From Cyanophyceae cyanobacterium (lineage in GTDB: Bacteria > Cyanobacteriota > Cyanobacteriia > Cyanobacteriales > Laspinemataceae): DNA of 64,000 nucleotides. Positions within the stretch are counted from its first letter, which is position 1. Every line of letters begins with the position of its first letter. Of this stretch, positions 41,101 through 52,700 are shown piece after piece. The position numbers and the translations under genes are program-made. The stretch is from NCBI GenBank assembly GCA_038321985.1, contig JBBQFN010000002.1, positions 256,001-320,000 of the forward strand. The letters run 5' to 3'. The notes under the pieces were generated by a model that was not told the DNA's origin, ran no database searches, and saw nothing but the letters and a program-made list of their open reading frames with translations.

Positions 41101-41424
41101 ATCAAGCTGATGATTCAAGCCGTTCCCCCCGTGCCTTCTAGGGCGACTGTTTCCTTGTCGGTCGGACTCTGCTGCGATCGTCGCCCTACCTCCCAATTCA
41201 CGAATGTAGCGCTTATAATCTGATGTTCGAGGAGTTGTTTCTAGCACAAGTTGTGACACTACGCATCACTCCTAGGGTAGAAGGCACAGGAGAGCGAACC
41301 TCGTAAATTTAAAGAGAGAAGCACCGAATGCGATCGCTCTAACGAATCTCTAATGAATTAGGATGAGCCAGCGATCGGAATCGTTGATTCTCATTAAAAA
41401 TTCGTGGTGAGTGAATTTATCGAT

Positions 41425-43551
41425 ATGCATTTAGAAGTGTGGCCGGGTAAAGTCTATCCCTTGGGATCATACTGGGATGGTAAAGGAACAAATTTTGCTT
41501 TATTTAGTGAAAACGCAACCGCAGTAGAACTTTGTTTGTTTGACAAGGATGGCAAAGAGCAACGCCTTTCTATAAATGAAGTCGATAATCATATCTGGCA
41601 TGGCTACATCCCTGGAATCACACCCGGACAGCGATATGGATATCGAGTGCATGGGCCATACGATCCCGGTGCAGGTCATCGGTTCAATCCTAACAAACTC
41701 CTGATCGACCCCTACGCTAAAGCCATTGAAGGGGATGTACTCAGCGGACCCGAACTCTCCGGCTACAACGGGGAATCTCCTGAAGAAGACCTTTCCTTTA
41801 GCGAAACCGATAGCGCTCATTTAATCCCCAAATCCATCGTGATTGATGAGTCCTTTGATTGGGAAGGGGACCAACTCTTACAAACCCCCTTCCATGAAAC
41901 CATCATCTATGAAACCCACGTTAAAGGATTTACCAAACTTCAACCGAATATCCCCGAAGAACTGCGGGGAACCTATAGTGGCCTAGGTCATCCGGCAGCC
42001 ATTTCTCACTTGCAAACCTTGGGGATTACGGCAGTCGAACTGATGCCGGTTCATCACTTCCTCGCTTATCCTGGACATTTGGCGGATAAAGGACTCAAAA
42101 ATTATTGGGGTTACGACTCCATCAATTTCTTCTCGCCTTATTCCGGCTATAGTTCCGCGACTATACCGGGAGAACAAGTGCGGGAATTTAAGGAAATGGT
42201 TAAGGCCCTGCATAAAGCCGGAATCGAAGTCATTTTAGATGTGGTGTACAACCACACCGGGGAAGGCAATCACCTCGGTCCTACCGTGTCCATGCGGGGG
42301 GTAGATAATGCCTGCTACTATCGCCTCGTCGATGACAATCTCCGGTATTACATGGATTTCACTGGATGCGGCAATTCCCTAAACGTGCGCCATCCGCAAA
42401 TCCTTAAATTAATTATGGATAGTCTGCGCTACTGGGTGCTGGAGATGCACGTTGACGGGTTCCGATTTGATTTGGCATCGGCACTGGCGCGGGAACTGTA
42501 TGATGTCAATAATCTGGGTTCGTTCTTTAATATCATCCACCAAGATCCGGTCCTGTCCGATGTGAAACTGATCGCCGAACCCTGGGATGTGGGTCCTGGA
42601 GGCTATCAGGTGGGGAATTTTCCCCTGTTATGGTCCGAGTGGAACGGTCGCTATCGCGATACGGTTCGAGACTTTTGGCGCGGGGAGGACCGCACGTTAG
42701 GAGAATTTGCCTATCGGTTTACCGGCAGTTCGGATTTATATGAAACCAATGGGCGCAGTCCTTATGCCAGCATTAACTTTATCACGGCTCACGATGGTTT
42801 CCCTCTCTACGATTTAGTTAGCTACAACGAGAAGCATAATGAAGCCAATGGGGAAAATAGCTGTGATGGGGAAAGCCACAATCGGTCCTGGAATTGCGGT
42901 GCAGAAGGAGATACAGATGATCCACAGGTGTTGGCTTTGCGAGAACGCCAAAAGCGTAATTTTCTAGTGACTCTCATGCTGTCCCAGGGTATCCCGATGT
43001 TGCTGGCGGGGGATGAAATGGAACGCAGCCAAGGGGGGAATAATAATGCCTACTGTCAGGATAGTGAAATTTCATGGGTGAATTGGGAGTTTCCCGAGGA
43101 AAAAGCCCATCTGCTAGATTTCACGCGGCAACTGATTTATTTCCGGCGCAAGCATCCGGTGTTTCAGCGACGCAAGTGGTTCCAGGGCCGCCCGATTTAT
43201 GGGAAAACAGTTAATGATATTGGCTGGTTTAATCCCGATGGCAGCGAGATGGAGGATGAGGAGTGGGGTATTGGTTTTGCCAAGGCGATCGCAGTCTTTT
43301 TGAATGGGGAGGAAATTCCCCGGCGCAATCGTTACGGTCAGCGCGTCATTGACGAAAGTTACCTGCTCTTTTTTAATGCCCATTGGGAATTAATCGAGTT
43401 TAAATTACCCCAAGGATTAAATGAACAACAGTGGGTGACCTTAATCGATACCAAGGAACCAACCTTTCTGGAAGATGGACCCACCTATACCGGGGATAAG
43501 ACCGTACCCGTTCTTGGGCAATCGGTTGTCTTGTTAAGACGTTTAGAGTAG
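41425..43551 (+). CDS. glgX: Glycogen debranching enzyme
   Basis: NYWGY, DVVYNHT, DGFRFDLA, IAEPWD, NFITAHDGF, GNNNAYCQD. Confidence 0.98.
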   Translation: MHLEVWPGKVYPLGSYWDGKGTNFALFSENATAVELCLFDKDGKEQRLSINEVDNHIWHGYIPGITPGQRYGYRVHGPYDPGAGHRFNPNKLLIDPYAKAIEGDVLSGPELSGYNGESPEEDLSFSETDSAHLIPKSIVIDESFDWEGDQLLQTPFHETIIYETHVKGFTKLQPNIPEELRGTYSGLGHPAAISHLQTLGITAVELMPVHHFLAYPGHLADKGLKNYWGYDSINFFSPYSGYSSATIPGEQVREFKEMVKALHKAGIEVILDVVYNHTGEGNHLGPTVSMRGVDNACYYRLVDDNLRYYMDFTGCGNSLNVRHPQILKLIMDSLRYWVLEMHVDGFRFDLASALARELYDVNNLGSFFNIIHQDPVLSDVKLIAEPWDVGPGGYQVGNFPLLWSEWNGRYRDTVRDFWRGEDRTLGEFAYRFTGSSDLYETNGRSPYASINFITAHDGFPLYDLVSYNEKHNEANGENSCDGESHNRSWNCGAEGDTDDPQVLALRERQKRNFLVTLMLSQGIPMLLAGDEMERSQGGNNNAYCQDSEISWVNWEFPEEKAHLLDFTRQLIYFRRKHPVFQRRKWFQGRPIYGKTVNDIGWFNPDGSEMEDEEWGIGFAKAIAVFLNGEEIPRRNRYGQRVIDESYLLFFNAHWELIEFKLPQGLNEQQWVTLIDTKEPTFLEDGPTYTGDKTVPVLGQSVVLLRRLE

Positions 43552-43567
43552 GCCCGCCAAATTGCAC

Positions 43568-43593
43568 TAGAGACGCGAAATTTCGCGTCTCTA
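43568..43593. repeat. Perfect 26-bp palindrome (short dispersed repeat)
   Basis: TAGAGACGCGAAATTTCGCGTCTCTA. Confidence 0.8.
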
Positions 43594-43920
43594 TCTCTAA
43601 TCTCTAGGGCAGTTGTCCCCATGCACTTAAGGCAAGGGAACTCTGAGGTCTGAATCGAGGGGGTTTAGGGAAAGAGTGCGTTACGGAAGCCACCGCAACG
43701 CACCAGAACACCTGCCGAATTTACGGCGAGACAATGTAACAGGATGGTAAGGAATAGTAGATTACCATAGCGTCTGCATCAAAGATTACAATTTTTTCAA
43801 ACTTATTAAAATGTAAGGCGGCGCGATTGTGGGGAAAGGGGGCTTGTCCAGGACGGATAGGAAGGGTTTCCTCCCTGAAGACTACCCCGCAGTCGCGGTT
43901 TATTTGTAAACTTATATTAA

Positions 43921-44145
43921 TAGGACTTACGCCGCCCTGTAAATCAGGGCAACCACACTTGGGGAGATTCCTCTTCCCATAAAGGTCGGTTTTTTGAGGA
44001 TGAGAGGATAAACCGCATCCAGGCTTCTCCCTTGACCGAGAGGAGGAGTAAGTACAGCGACTCAAACCATTTTTGACTCAAAAAATCCTCATGCCTAGAT
44101 GGTCCCTACAGCCTCCTCAATCGCCGATCGCCGGTGTAAGTCCTA
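43921..44145. mobile_element. Putative MITE (~225 bp) with 13-bp terminal inverted repeats
   Basis: TAGGACTTACGCC (43921) ... GGTGTAAGTCCTA (44145), a 12/13 inverted match; TA at both ends; no credible ORF inside. Confidence 0.65.
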
Positions 44146-44178
44146 GAACTGTGAAATTGCGTCATTAAGATAGAACCG

Positions 44179-44715
44179 ATGGATACGACGACTCTCTCAT
44201 CAACGTTTTTTTTAAATCTACTCATGACGGTGGGGTTGCTTTTCTTTATTCGGGCCTCGGTGAAGGACCGAACGGAGGAACTGCAATGGGTGACAGAACA
44301 GCCGGAAGAGTCCATTCTCCCTGAGTTACAAGACTATTTCGATCGCCGCGCTTATCGGGTAACAGCGGTGGATCGGGAGCAAAATCAAGTCACCTTTGAA
44401 GGATATGTCCGTCCCAGTTGGTTTCTGGCAATTTTTCTAAGTCTGTTGGCCGCAGTCGGAATGGTATCGTTGGGCCTAATGCTGTCGATGGTCTTCCCTC
44501 AAAGCGGGAATTTGTTTCTGGGTTTGGTTCTGTTGTCCCCGATCGCGGGATTGTTTTACTGGAAAAAATCCGGTCGCATTGAACAGGTTTCTCTCCAAGT
44601 CAAGTTAATGGAGAGTCCGGGGAATAACGCCACCCAAAATAAAATTACTGTCACGGGTCATCGGGATGAACTGGCAGTCCTTCAGCAAACCCTGGGGTTA
44701 CCGCGATCGCACTGA
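44179..44715 (+). CDS. ccb1: Cofactor assembly of complex C subunit B (CCB1, DUF3529)
   Basis: STFFL.LL..VGL.FFIRASVKDR, FEG.VRPS, YWKK..R.E, GHRDEL. Confidence 0.88.
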   Translation: MDTTTLSSTFFLNLLMTVGLLFFIRASVKDRTEELQWVTEQPEESILPELQDYFDRRAYRVTAVDREQNQVTFEGYVRPSWFLAIFLSLLAAVGMVSLGLMLSMVFPQSGNLFLGLVLLSPIAGLFYWKKSGRIEQVSLQVKLMESPGNNATQNKITVTGHRDELAVLQQTLGLPRSH

Positions 44716-45335
44716 ACCTAAAACCATAGCAGAAATTAGCCCTATCCAAACCCTTGAGCTTGTTATAAAGCTAATTTCTAGAAAGCGCAGTATTTTAATC
44801 CGTTGGTGGCCTGATTGACCCAAAAGGTCCACTCTGACCTAGGGTTGGTTCTATCTAGCCAACGCTTTGTCCCCTGGTCCTGGCTAGGATGGCGGGTAAT
44901 TTCGGTAGAGTGATTGCCGGATGCAAACCCGGACTTTCCTGGGGAGTCGCTCAATCCATGGTCTTGGAAAAGTGCAGGTTTTAGAGCTCGCGGCGATCGC
45001 GACTTAACGCCGGTTTCCCTAATCGCCAGGAAAACTTTATGCGCAGCAAATCGCTATCTCGTCACTTGCGGGGCTAAAACCCTTCTTTCCCCAGACAAAT
45101 CCACCGCTTGACGGTATATTTGCCGTTACGGGAGTCTCTCTATACGCCAGCTATGCCAAAAACTGGGTTAACGCCGGGTAAAGATGCTAAATCTACTCGG
45201 CCCTCCGTTGGTGGCAGCTTTTAATCAAATGCTCGCACGGCAGGTTCCTCCTAGGCGATCGCCAGCCTAGTAAAATTCCTTACCGCAACCCTGGTCCTTG
45301 AACGGTCAGTTCTCGGACCTCGAAGAAAATCTCTT

Positions 45336-45653
45336 TTACCGCACTGTTAATGCCACTGGAGGCGTTTCTGCTTTACTCTCCAAGAACTTTAAGCTGGGGA
45401 ATAAAAAATGGTTTTCTTCTACATATTGAGCACCAAACAATCCTTTTTCTGCCCAGAAGTATCGATCCGTGGTATGCTCGTTTCTCTTAACTAACAACAA
45501 AGCTGGAGGCACGATGCCTTCTGCCTTGATGAATTTACGGGCGGCTGTGACTGGCTTATCTTCACCGCTTTCGATACTATACTGAGGCACGTGCTCTAAA
45601 ATCCTGCGCCCTTCTTGGCGGCGACGGCTCTTGCGCTTACGTCTCCTTGCCAA
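45336..45653 (-). CDS. DUF3155 family protein
   Basis: ARRRKRKSRRRQEGRRILE, RNEHTTDRYFWAEKGLFGAQY; TTG start after AGGAGG. Confidence 0.88.
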   Translation of the reverse strand: MARRRKRKSRRRQEGRRILEHVPQYSIESGEDKPVTAARKFIKAEGIVPPALLLVKRNEHTTDRYFWAEKGLFGAQYVEENHFLFPSLKFLESKAETPPVALTVR

Positions 45654-45682
45654 AATCCTTACCTCCTATTTCAGCCGACAGG

Positions 45683-45698
45683 TGTAGTGATGGTTACA
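45683..45698. promoter_or_regulatory. Possible NtcA site in the DUF3155 leader
   Basis: TGTA-GTGATGGT-TACA, just downstream of a minus-strand TATAAT (45711-45716). Confidence 0.45.
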
Positions 45699-46218
45699 AA
45701 AGTCGTGCTGATTATATCCGCTGTAATAAAAAAAATCAATCCCTCGGTGCTAAGTTTGTTACCAATCTCTACACCCTTTATATCATAAGCCTTTTCAGAT
45801 TTTTTTTACTCCTATTTAGGCAGGTGTAAGGGTAAAATTAATAAAACTATAAAATTTGTTACAAAACTCAATCAGTTAGAGCCGATGAGAAACATCAGAA
45901 TTCTTTTATTCTGGAGAAGGGAGTGAAAAAGGGCGATATTCCTGTAGTCGTTGCCAATCCTCAATCCCTGAATCCCCAGGATTGCCACAAAGTTGCTACA
46001 AAATTGCTCGAAAATTGTCCGAAAATAAACAAGGGTTAAACGGGTTTTACCGAGGTGGGTCAGGGATCTTCCCCCAGAAGTAAGCAACCGAACTTAATTT
46101 CTGCCAACATGGACACACAGGGGCAATCTTTAGGGGTGAAGCGAGCCGAATTTTTACCAGCCCAGGGGAAAAAAGCGGGGCTCGGTCGGGTTAATTTGTT
46201 AAATCGAACAAGGGAATC

Positions 46219-47652
46219 ATGGGAATGGGAGCCAGTTCAGAATTTGTGGCCCTGTGTAAATCACAGGTGGGTTTGCTCTCGAAAGGGCTAGGATCCTCCG
46301 TGAGCGTGGTCTATTTGACCGAGGAACTGGTAGAAGAGAGCGAAGCCAAACTGATTCCGATTGTCACCTATCCAGAAACCGCTGTAGTTTGGGAAGAAAA
46401 TCCAGCACTCGCGATCGCCGGTTCGGAGATTACCACAGAAATTCTGGCCCATCCTACCTTAGACTGGGACCTCACTCCGCTTTCTGGGGAAACTGCTACC
46501 ACCGGAACCCATACCCCTCTCAATCAGGGTCCTCCTTTAGTGTCCGCTTCCTCCCGTAGACCCGTGACGGTTCATTTAGGCGAACCCATAAGGGGTTTAA
46601 ATCCAGAGGAGGAACCGATGGAGGAAGGGGAAGATTTGGCACCACACCAGCAAATTATATTACCCCTGATCCATGAAGAAATCGTGATGGGGCTGTTGGT
46701 GACGCGGCGAGAAGACCGACCCTGGACCGATCGCGAACGGATGCAGATCGAAGGTATTGCCCAAACTATTGCGATCGCCTGCATTTTGGATCGGCGACAA
46801 CGCTGGTTTAGTCAGCAACTACGCCAACAACAACGCCTAGAAGCTGAACAACATGATTTGCTGGATAACCTCCTGCACCAGGTCCGTAGCCCCCTGACTG
46901 CCATCCGCACGTTTGGGAAATTATTGTTAAAACGCCTCCGGGAACCGGATCCTAACCGCGATATTGCCGGGAGTATCCTTCGGGAGAGCGATCGCGTTCA
47001 AGAATTGCTGCAACAAATGAATCTAGCGATCGAACCCGAGGAAATAGAAGCGGTCCCGGATGTCCAAAGCCAGGACCCGTCGGAAACTCCGATGCTAGAG
47101 AGGCGATCGCCGCAATTGTTACTACCGGCATTTGATTTAGAATCCTGCGATATCCTTTCCGTGCTTGAACCCTTGCTGATCTCCGCACGAGCGATCGCCA
47201 ATGATCGCCACTTGGAATTAACAACCGATATCCCCGCCCAATTGCCGGATGTTTTGACTTATCCCAAAGCACTGCGGGAGGTTTTAAGTAATTTGATTGA
47301 TAATGCCTTGAAATATACCCCAAGCGGAGGCAAAATTTATGTGAAAGTGGGGGATAAGCGTCAAATTCAGGGGGTGACCCTGATGGCGATCGCCATCAGC
47401 GATACGGGAAGTGGTATTCCCCCCCAAGACTTAGAACAGTTATTCCAGCGGCATTATCGCGGGGTTAAGGCTAATAGTGACATTCCCGGTACGGGATTGG
47501 GGTTGGCGATCGCCCGAGAATTGATTGCCCAAATGCAAGGAGAAATCGAGGTATTTAGTCCGACTCCCCCCCAGTGGCGATCGCCCAGTTGGCTTAATCC
47601 TTACCGATCCCATCATCCAGGTACAACCTTTATTGTGTGGCTGCGACTCTAA
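46219..47652 (+). CDS. hik2: GAF sensor histidine kinase, Hik2/CSK-like
   Basis: N-terminus ASSEFVALC.SQ..LL..GLG...SVVYLTE; H-box LLHQVRSPLTA; NLIDNALKY; GTGLGL. Confidence 0.82.
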   Translation: MGMGASSEFVALCKSQVGLLSKGLGSSVSVVYLTEELVEESEAKLIPIVTYPETAVVWEENPALAIAGSEITTEILAHPTLDWDLTPLSGETATTGTHTPLNQGPPLVSASSRRPVTVHLGEPIRGLNPEEEPMEEGEDLAPHQQIILPLIHEEIVMGLLVTRREDRPWTDRERMQIEGIAQTIAIACILDRRQRWFSQQLRQQQRLEAEQHDLLDNLLHQVRSPLTAIRTFGKLLLKRLREPDPNRDIAGSILRESDRVQELLQQMNLAIEPEEIEAVPDVQSQDPSETPMLERRSPQLLLPAFDLESCDILSVLEPLLISARAIANDRHLELTTDIPAQLPDVLTYPKALREVLSNLIDNALKYTPSGGKIYVKVGDKRQIQGVTLMAIAISDTGSGIPPQDLEQLFQRHYRGVKANSDIPGTGLGLAIARELIAQMQGEIEVFSPTPPQWRSPSWLNPYRSHHPGTTFIVWLRL

Positions 47653-47698
47653 AGGCCATTTTCCCTGACAATTCCCTAGTCTCTGAATCTCCAGCCGT

Positions 47699-48430
47699 AT
47701 GAATTTAGCTTTACTCTTTGCGATCGCCTTAGCTTTGGTTCATATTGGAGCCCAAAATCTGCTCTTTCTGCATTCCTCTGCACGCAACCATTGGCTATCA
47801 ATGGCAGGTGGCGTATCCGTGGCTTACACGTTTGTTCACATTTTCCCCGAACTGAGTAAAGGACAAGAAACGGTGGAAGCTTCAGCGCTCAACGGGTTGG
47901 CATTTATAGAAAACCATGTTTATTTGATGTCACTGTTGGGATTTTCGATCTTTTACGGGTTGGAAAAACTGGCAAAGACATCGCGGCAGCACCAACTTAA
48001 AATCGGACGAGGAGATGCCACGAGCGAGAGAGTTTTCTGGTTACATATCACTTCTTTTGCGCTTTATAATGCCCTAATTGGCTATCTGCTATTGCATCCA
48101 GAAGAAGAATCGAATTTTTTGAGTCTGCTATTCTTTTTCGTCGCCATGGCGTTGCATTTTATCGTCAATGACTTTGGCTTGCGCGAACATCACAAACGGG
48201 ATTACAGCCACATTGGGCGCTGGGTACTGGCAGCGGCGGTGCTCGTCGGATGGGCGGTTGGCAGTGCGACGACTATTTCCCACGAAGCGATTTCGCTGCT
48301 CTTTGCCTTTTTAGCCGGAGGCATTATCCTTAACATCCTCAAAGAAGAACTACCAGAAGAGCGGGAAACCCGATTTTGGGCCTTTGCGAGTGGTGCTGCG
48401 GCTTATTCTGTACTGTTACTCACCATCTGA
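47699..48430 (+). CDS. Multi-pass membrane protein, possibly ZIP-like
   Basis: AGGVSVAY.FVH.FPE, LHFIVND, AGGIILN.LKEELP. Confidence 0.7.
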   Translation: MNLALLFAIALALVHIGAQNLLFLHSSARNHWLSMAGGVSVAYTFVHIFPELSKGQETVEASALNGLAFIENHVYLMSLLGFSIFYGLEKLAKTSRQHQLKIGRGDATSERVFWLHITSFALYNALIGYLLLHPEEESNFLSLLFFFVAMALHFIVNDFGLREHHKRDYSHIGRWVLAAAVLVGWAVGSATTISHEAISLLFAFLAGGIILNILKEELPEERETRFWAFASGAAAYSVLLLTI

Positions 48431-49053
48431 GAGCCCAGAGGGTTTTAGGATTGATTTTGAATGAGGGAACTGCAAACCTTAACAGGACTTTGCAGCCTCA
48501 CCGGATTAACCCCAACTAAAACGGGCTAATTCGTCGGGTTATTTAGGTATTTATTCTGGGTCAAAATAATTAGCTAAGGCACTCCACAACCCCGCCAAAA
48601 AGTTATCGGTGTACCTGACCCTTGAAACTGATGCTTTAAGGGGAATTAAGGGGCTTTTTTTTGGGTATCTCAGGGCATTAATTTTAGAGAGTAAAACGCT
48701 GAAAGCCTTTACTGGTAGTTATTTTGATATTTTTTAGGCTAATCTATTGCGGAAACTAAATCTAGGCGTTATGATTTTTTAGGTACTACCTCTAAGGGTA
48801 GAGACGGGACCGCATCTTTCCCTCAGTCTGGAAAATTCCTGAGTTCCGGTGTTCGATTGGGCGACAGACTAAAGCTCAAAATGTCCAGGCTTGGGTCATT
48901 TGAGGGCGATCTACCTGATTTACACCCGAACAACTGTCAGGAAATTTAGATAAATGGATTGAGAAGAATTTGGTATTCGATGCTACATTAGATTTACGAT
49001 GAATTGGTAGCCTAAATTACTTTTAAGCGTTTTCACTAGGAGCGAGCTAAAAG

Positions 49054-49266
49054 ATGCATCCAGTATGTATAATCCCTCTAAGCATTGCAGTGTGTGCCTT
49101 TCTGATTAATCGACGGACCTCGGAAGAAACCGTAGGCGTGATGTCCATGACCTTAGCCGGACTTCTAGCCGTTGTAGCCTTAATTTTGGCACCCTGGCAG
49201 ATTCAGCTTGTGGGCGCGGTGGCTTTAGTGTTAGACCGCTATCATTGGTTGAAGGTTCGAGGGTAG
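49054..49266 (+). CDS. Small membrane protein
   Basis: AGGAG upstream; hydrophobic with ILAPWQIQL. Confidence 0.6.
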   Translation: MHPVCIIPLSIAVCAFLINRRTSEETVGVMSMTLAGLLAVVALILAPWQIQLVGAVALVLDRYHWLKVRG

Positions 49267-49799
49267 GGAAGGATTGAAAAGACGGGGAGGATGCAGGAGA
49301 CTCCTATCAACAGTGCGATCGCTACAAACGCACTGTCTAGGGGAGGACTTACACCTCACCTGTATAGATTGTCAGAACAACAGATCTGTCCCTGTCGCCG
49401 CACTCTACATCAGGTATAGGGTTTTTCAAATGTCGGAAAACTGGATGGAGTAGGATTCTCTTTTTTACCGGGGATGATGATTTTAAAATCATGGGGTTGA
49501 TGCAAACGAAACCCGATTATTTGTTACCACCCCTGGCAATAAGGGATAGAAAATTTGATTAATTGTAAATATTTGTAAAATTAAGCGGTCAAAAGGTAGA
49601 ATCCAGTAGAAATTTGGCTCAAAATAGGAAGTTGAATGGGTCGTCAAGCCCACAAATACCAGCATCAAACTGGATAATTTCGGAGTAAAGGCGATCGCTT
49701 CTTTAGATTCAACCCTCAAACCGGCCATCCCTAGCCCTATCCCTTCATTCCTCCTGAACCCCTTGGGCGATCGCCCTTTTATGAGTAAGCCTGATTGAT

Positions 49800-52700
49800 A
49801 TGATTCCCTTAGAACTGAGTTTAAAAAACTTTTTGAGCTATCGCGAAGCAACCTTAGACTTTCATGGGTTGCATACTGCCTGTATCTGTGGACCGAATGG
49901 CGCGGGAAAATCCTCTCTCTTAGAAGCTCTCGCTTGGTCCCTGTGGGGGAATAGTCGCGCTGGAACGGAGGACGATATTATTCATAGTGGGGAAATGGAT
50001 GCGCGGGTTGATTTTACCTTCCAAACCAATCAGCAAATCTATCGGGTGATTCGTTCTCGGCAACGGGGTCAGTCCAGTTCCCTAGAATTTCAAGTTGCCA
50101 CAACTTCAGAGGATTTGAGTCGGAATCAACCGGAAAATTTGGAATTTCGCTCTCTCACTGAGAAGGGTTTGCGGGCAACTCAGGATAAAATTATCCAACA
50201 TATCAAACTCGACTACGAAACCTTTACCAATTCATCATACCTGCGCCAAGGTCGAGCTGATGAGTTCATGTTGAAACGACCATCTGAACGGAAACAGGTG
50301 TTGGCAACTCTACTTAGACTTGACCATTACGATGATTTAGCAGAACAGGCAAAAGACCGATCGCGGGAAGCAAAAGGCCAAGTGCTATTACTGGAACAAA
50401 GTTTAGCTTCCCTTCAGCAGCGGTTACAAGAAACAATGGCGATCGCTCAAAACCTGGACCAGGTGGAAGCTCAAATTGCCCAGGGTCAAGGGGAAGTAAA
50501 TAGTTATCGATCGCAATTACAACAGTTTCAACAGGTCCAACTCCAGCGTCAAAACTGGCAGCAACAAATCGCCAATCACCAGGACCGCGATCGCCAATTA
50601 AAGGAAGACTGCGATCGCACTGAACAAGAACTCAAACTGAATCATCGCCGTTGCCAAGAACTAGAGGCGCTGTTGAAGCAAGAGAGCGAGATTATTGCCG
50701 GGTATCATCAATATCAGCAATTACAAGCTCAGGAAGAAGTTCAAGCCTCTAAATTCCAATCCTATCAACAAGCGATACAACAGCGTCAACAATTACAGGA
50801 TCAGGAACGCAAAACGTTAGCTTCTCTGGAATCCCAAATTTCTTCTAGCCAAGGGGAACTGGAGTATATCCGACGCCAGGAAGCGGATTTGGTAGAGATT
50901 TTGAATAAAGCACCCGAAGTAGAAGCAGCGATCGCCAAATTACAACAAGCGCGCGATCGGCTGACTTATCTCGATGATCTCCATACTCGGGTCAAACCCT
51001 TAATGACTCGCCACCAAACGCTACAAGTCGAGCTTGATCGCCTTCGTGCTCGCTTATCCGCACGACTCGAAGAAATTGCGGGTCAAATCCACCGCCTAGA
51101 AGTGGAACAAGATCATAGCTATGTTCTAGAAGATAGTCTCGGAGAAGTGGCGATCGCCATTGATGCCTTAGAGAAAAAGCGAGTCTATCAACAACGAGTG
51201 CGAGAAAAAGGGTTAGAACGCCGCAATTTTATGGAACGTCTGATGGGACAAACCTCCGATTACGAAACCCAACTCGCTGGGGTAACTCAAAAAATCCAGA
51301 TGTTGCAAGTGCCTGATGCACTTTGTCCTTTGTGCGATCGCCCGTTGGATGAACATCACTGGGATTTGGTCATTGAAAAGCAAAAAGCCCAGGAACAGGA
51401 GATTATCAATCAGATCTGGGTGTTAAAAGAACAACTGGCAACCAGCGATCGGGAAATTCAAATTCTGCGCCAGGAGTATCGGGAATTGGAGGAGGAGTTA
51501 AAACATTATAACGCCTTACGGGAGCGCCGGGGACAATTACAGGCTCAAATTGATGCTACTTTAGCGTCCCGGGACCGATTACAGCATCTCACCTTAGAAA
51601 AACAACAATTAGAACAGTCGTTGCATACGGGAAGCTATGCGGGAGAATTATATAGCGAACTCCAAGCCTTAGAAAAGTCGCTGCAACAGCTAAATTACAA
51701 TGATCAAGACCGCAGTCTGGCTTTAAATGAGGAAAAACGTTGGCGCTGGGGGGAAATTAAGCAAGGGCAAATTCAGCAATCTCAGCGGCAAATGACACAA
51801 TTACAAGGGCGCAAGCCCGAGTTACAACAACGTTTGGAGCAGTTACAAGCTGCATTACAGGCGCAACAAACAAACTCCCCCTTGCAGCAGCAGATCGCTT
51901 TGCTTGATCGTCACTTACAAACCATTGGTTATGACCCCCAGGAGCATAACAACCTCAGAGGTGCGTTACGAAAAGCGCAACTCTGGCTGGGACGAATGGA
52001 GGAGTTAAAGCAAGCACAGCAACAATATCCCCAGGTGGAACAGCGGGTTACGGAATTAACCCGTCAGTTTGAGGCGCGATCCGGCGATCGCGCTTCATTG
52101 CGCCAGCAGATTCAAGCGCTGCATCAGCAACTTCAGGACATTCCCGACCCCAGCGATCGCATCAAAGCTACAGAGGGACAAATCCAGCGGTTGCGGTCCT
52201 CCCTGGATAGTTTGCTAGCTACAAAAGGACGGTTGCAACAACAACAACAGCATCTCACCGCCCTCCACAGTCAGTCCGAAGAACAACGTAAACAACTGCA
52301 AACCTCTCACCGTCAAGAGCGCGTTTATCGGGAACTGGCAACGGCATTTGGCAAAAATGGCATACAAGCCTTAATGATTGAAAATGTGCTGCCACAGTTG
52401 GAGGGAGAAACCAATCAGATTTTGTCTCGACTCAGTGGCAATCAACTTCATGTTCAATTTGTAACTCAGCGTGCCAGTCGGGGACGCAGCAAAAAAGCGA
52501 CCAAATTAATTGATACCTTGGATATTTTAATTGCCGATGCCCGAGGGACCCGAGCTTATGAAACCTATTCCGGAGGCGAGGCATTTAGGATTAATTTTGC
52601 CATTCGCTTAGCATTAGCTCGATTACTGGCTCATCGGGCGGGAACCTCTTTACAAATGTTAATTGTGGATGAAGGATTTGGAACTCAGGACCGGGAAGGT

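Noticed and set aside
44720..45330. Possible gene (e.g. PadR/Pex-like) between ccb1 and DUF3155, including ORF 44914-45111
   Set aside because: No recognisable motif found; only short hairpins.
48540..48800. CRISPR-leader-like AT-rich sequence (GCTGAAAGCCTT)
   Set aside because: No repeat-spacer array follows; similar motifs occur in other intergenic regions.
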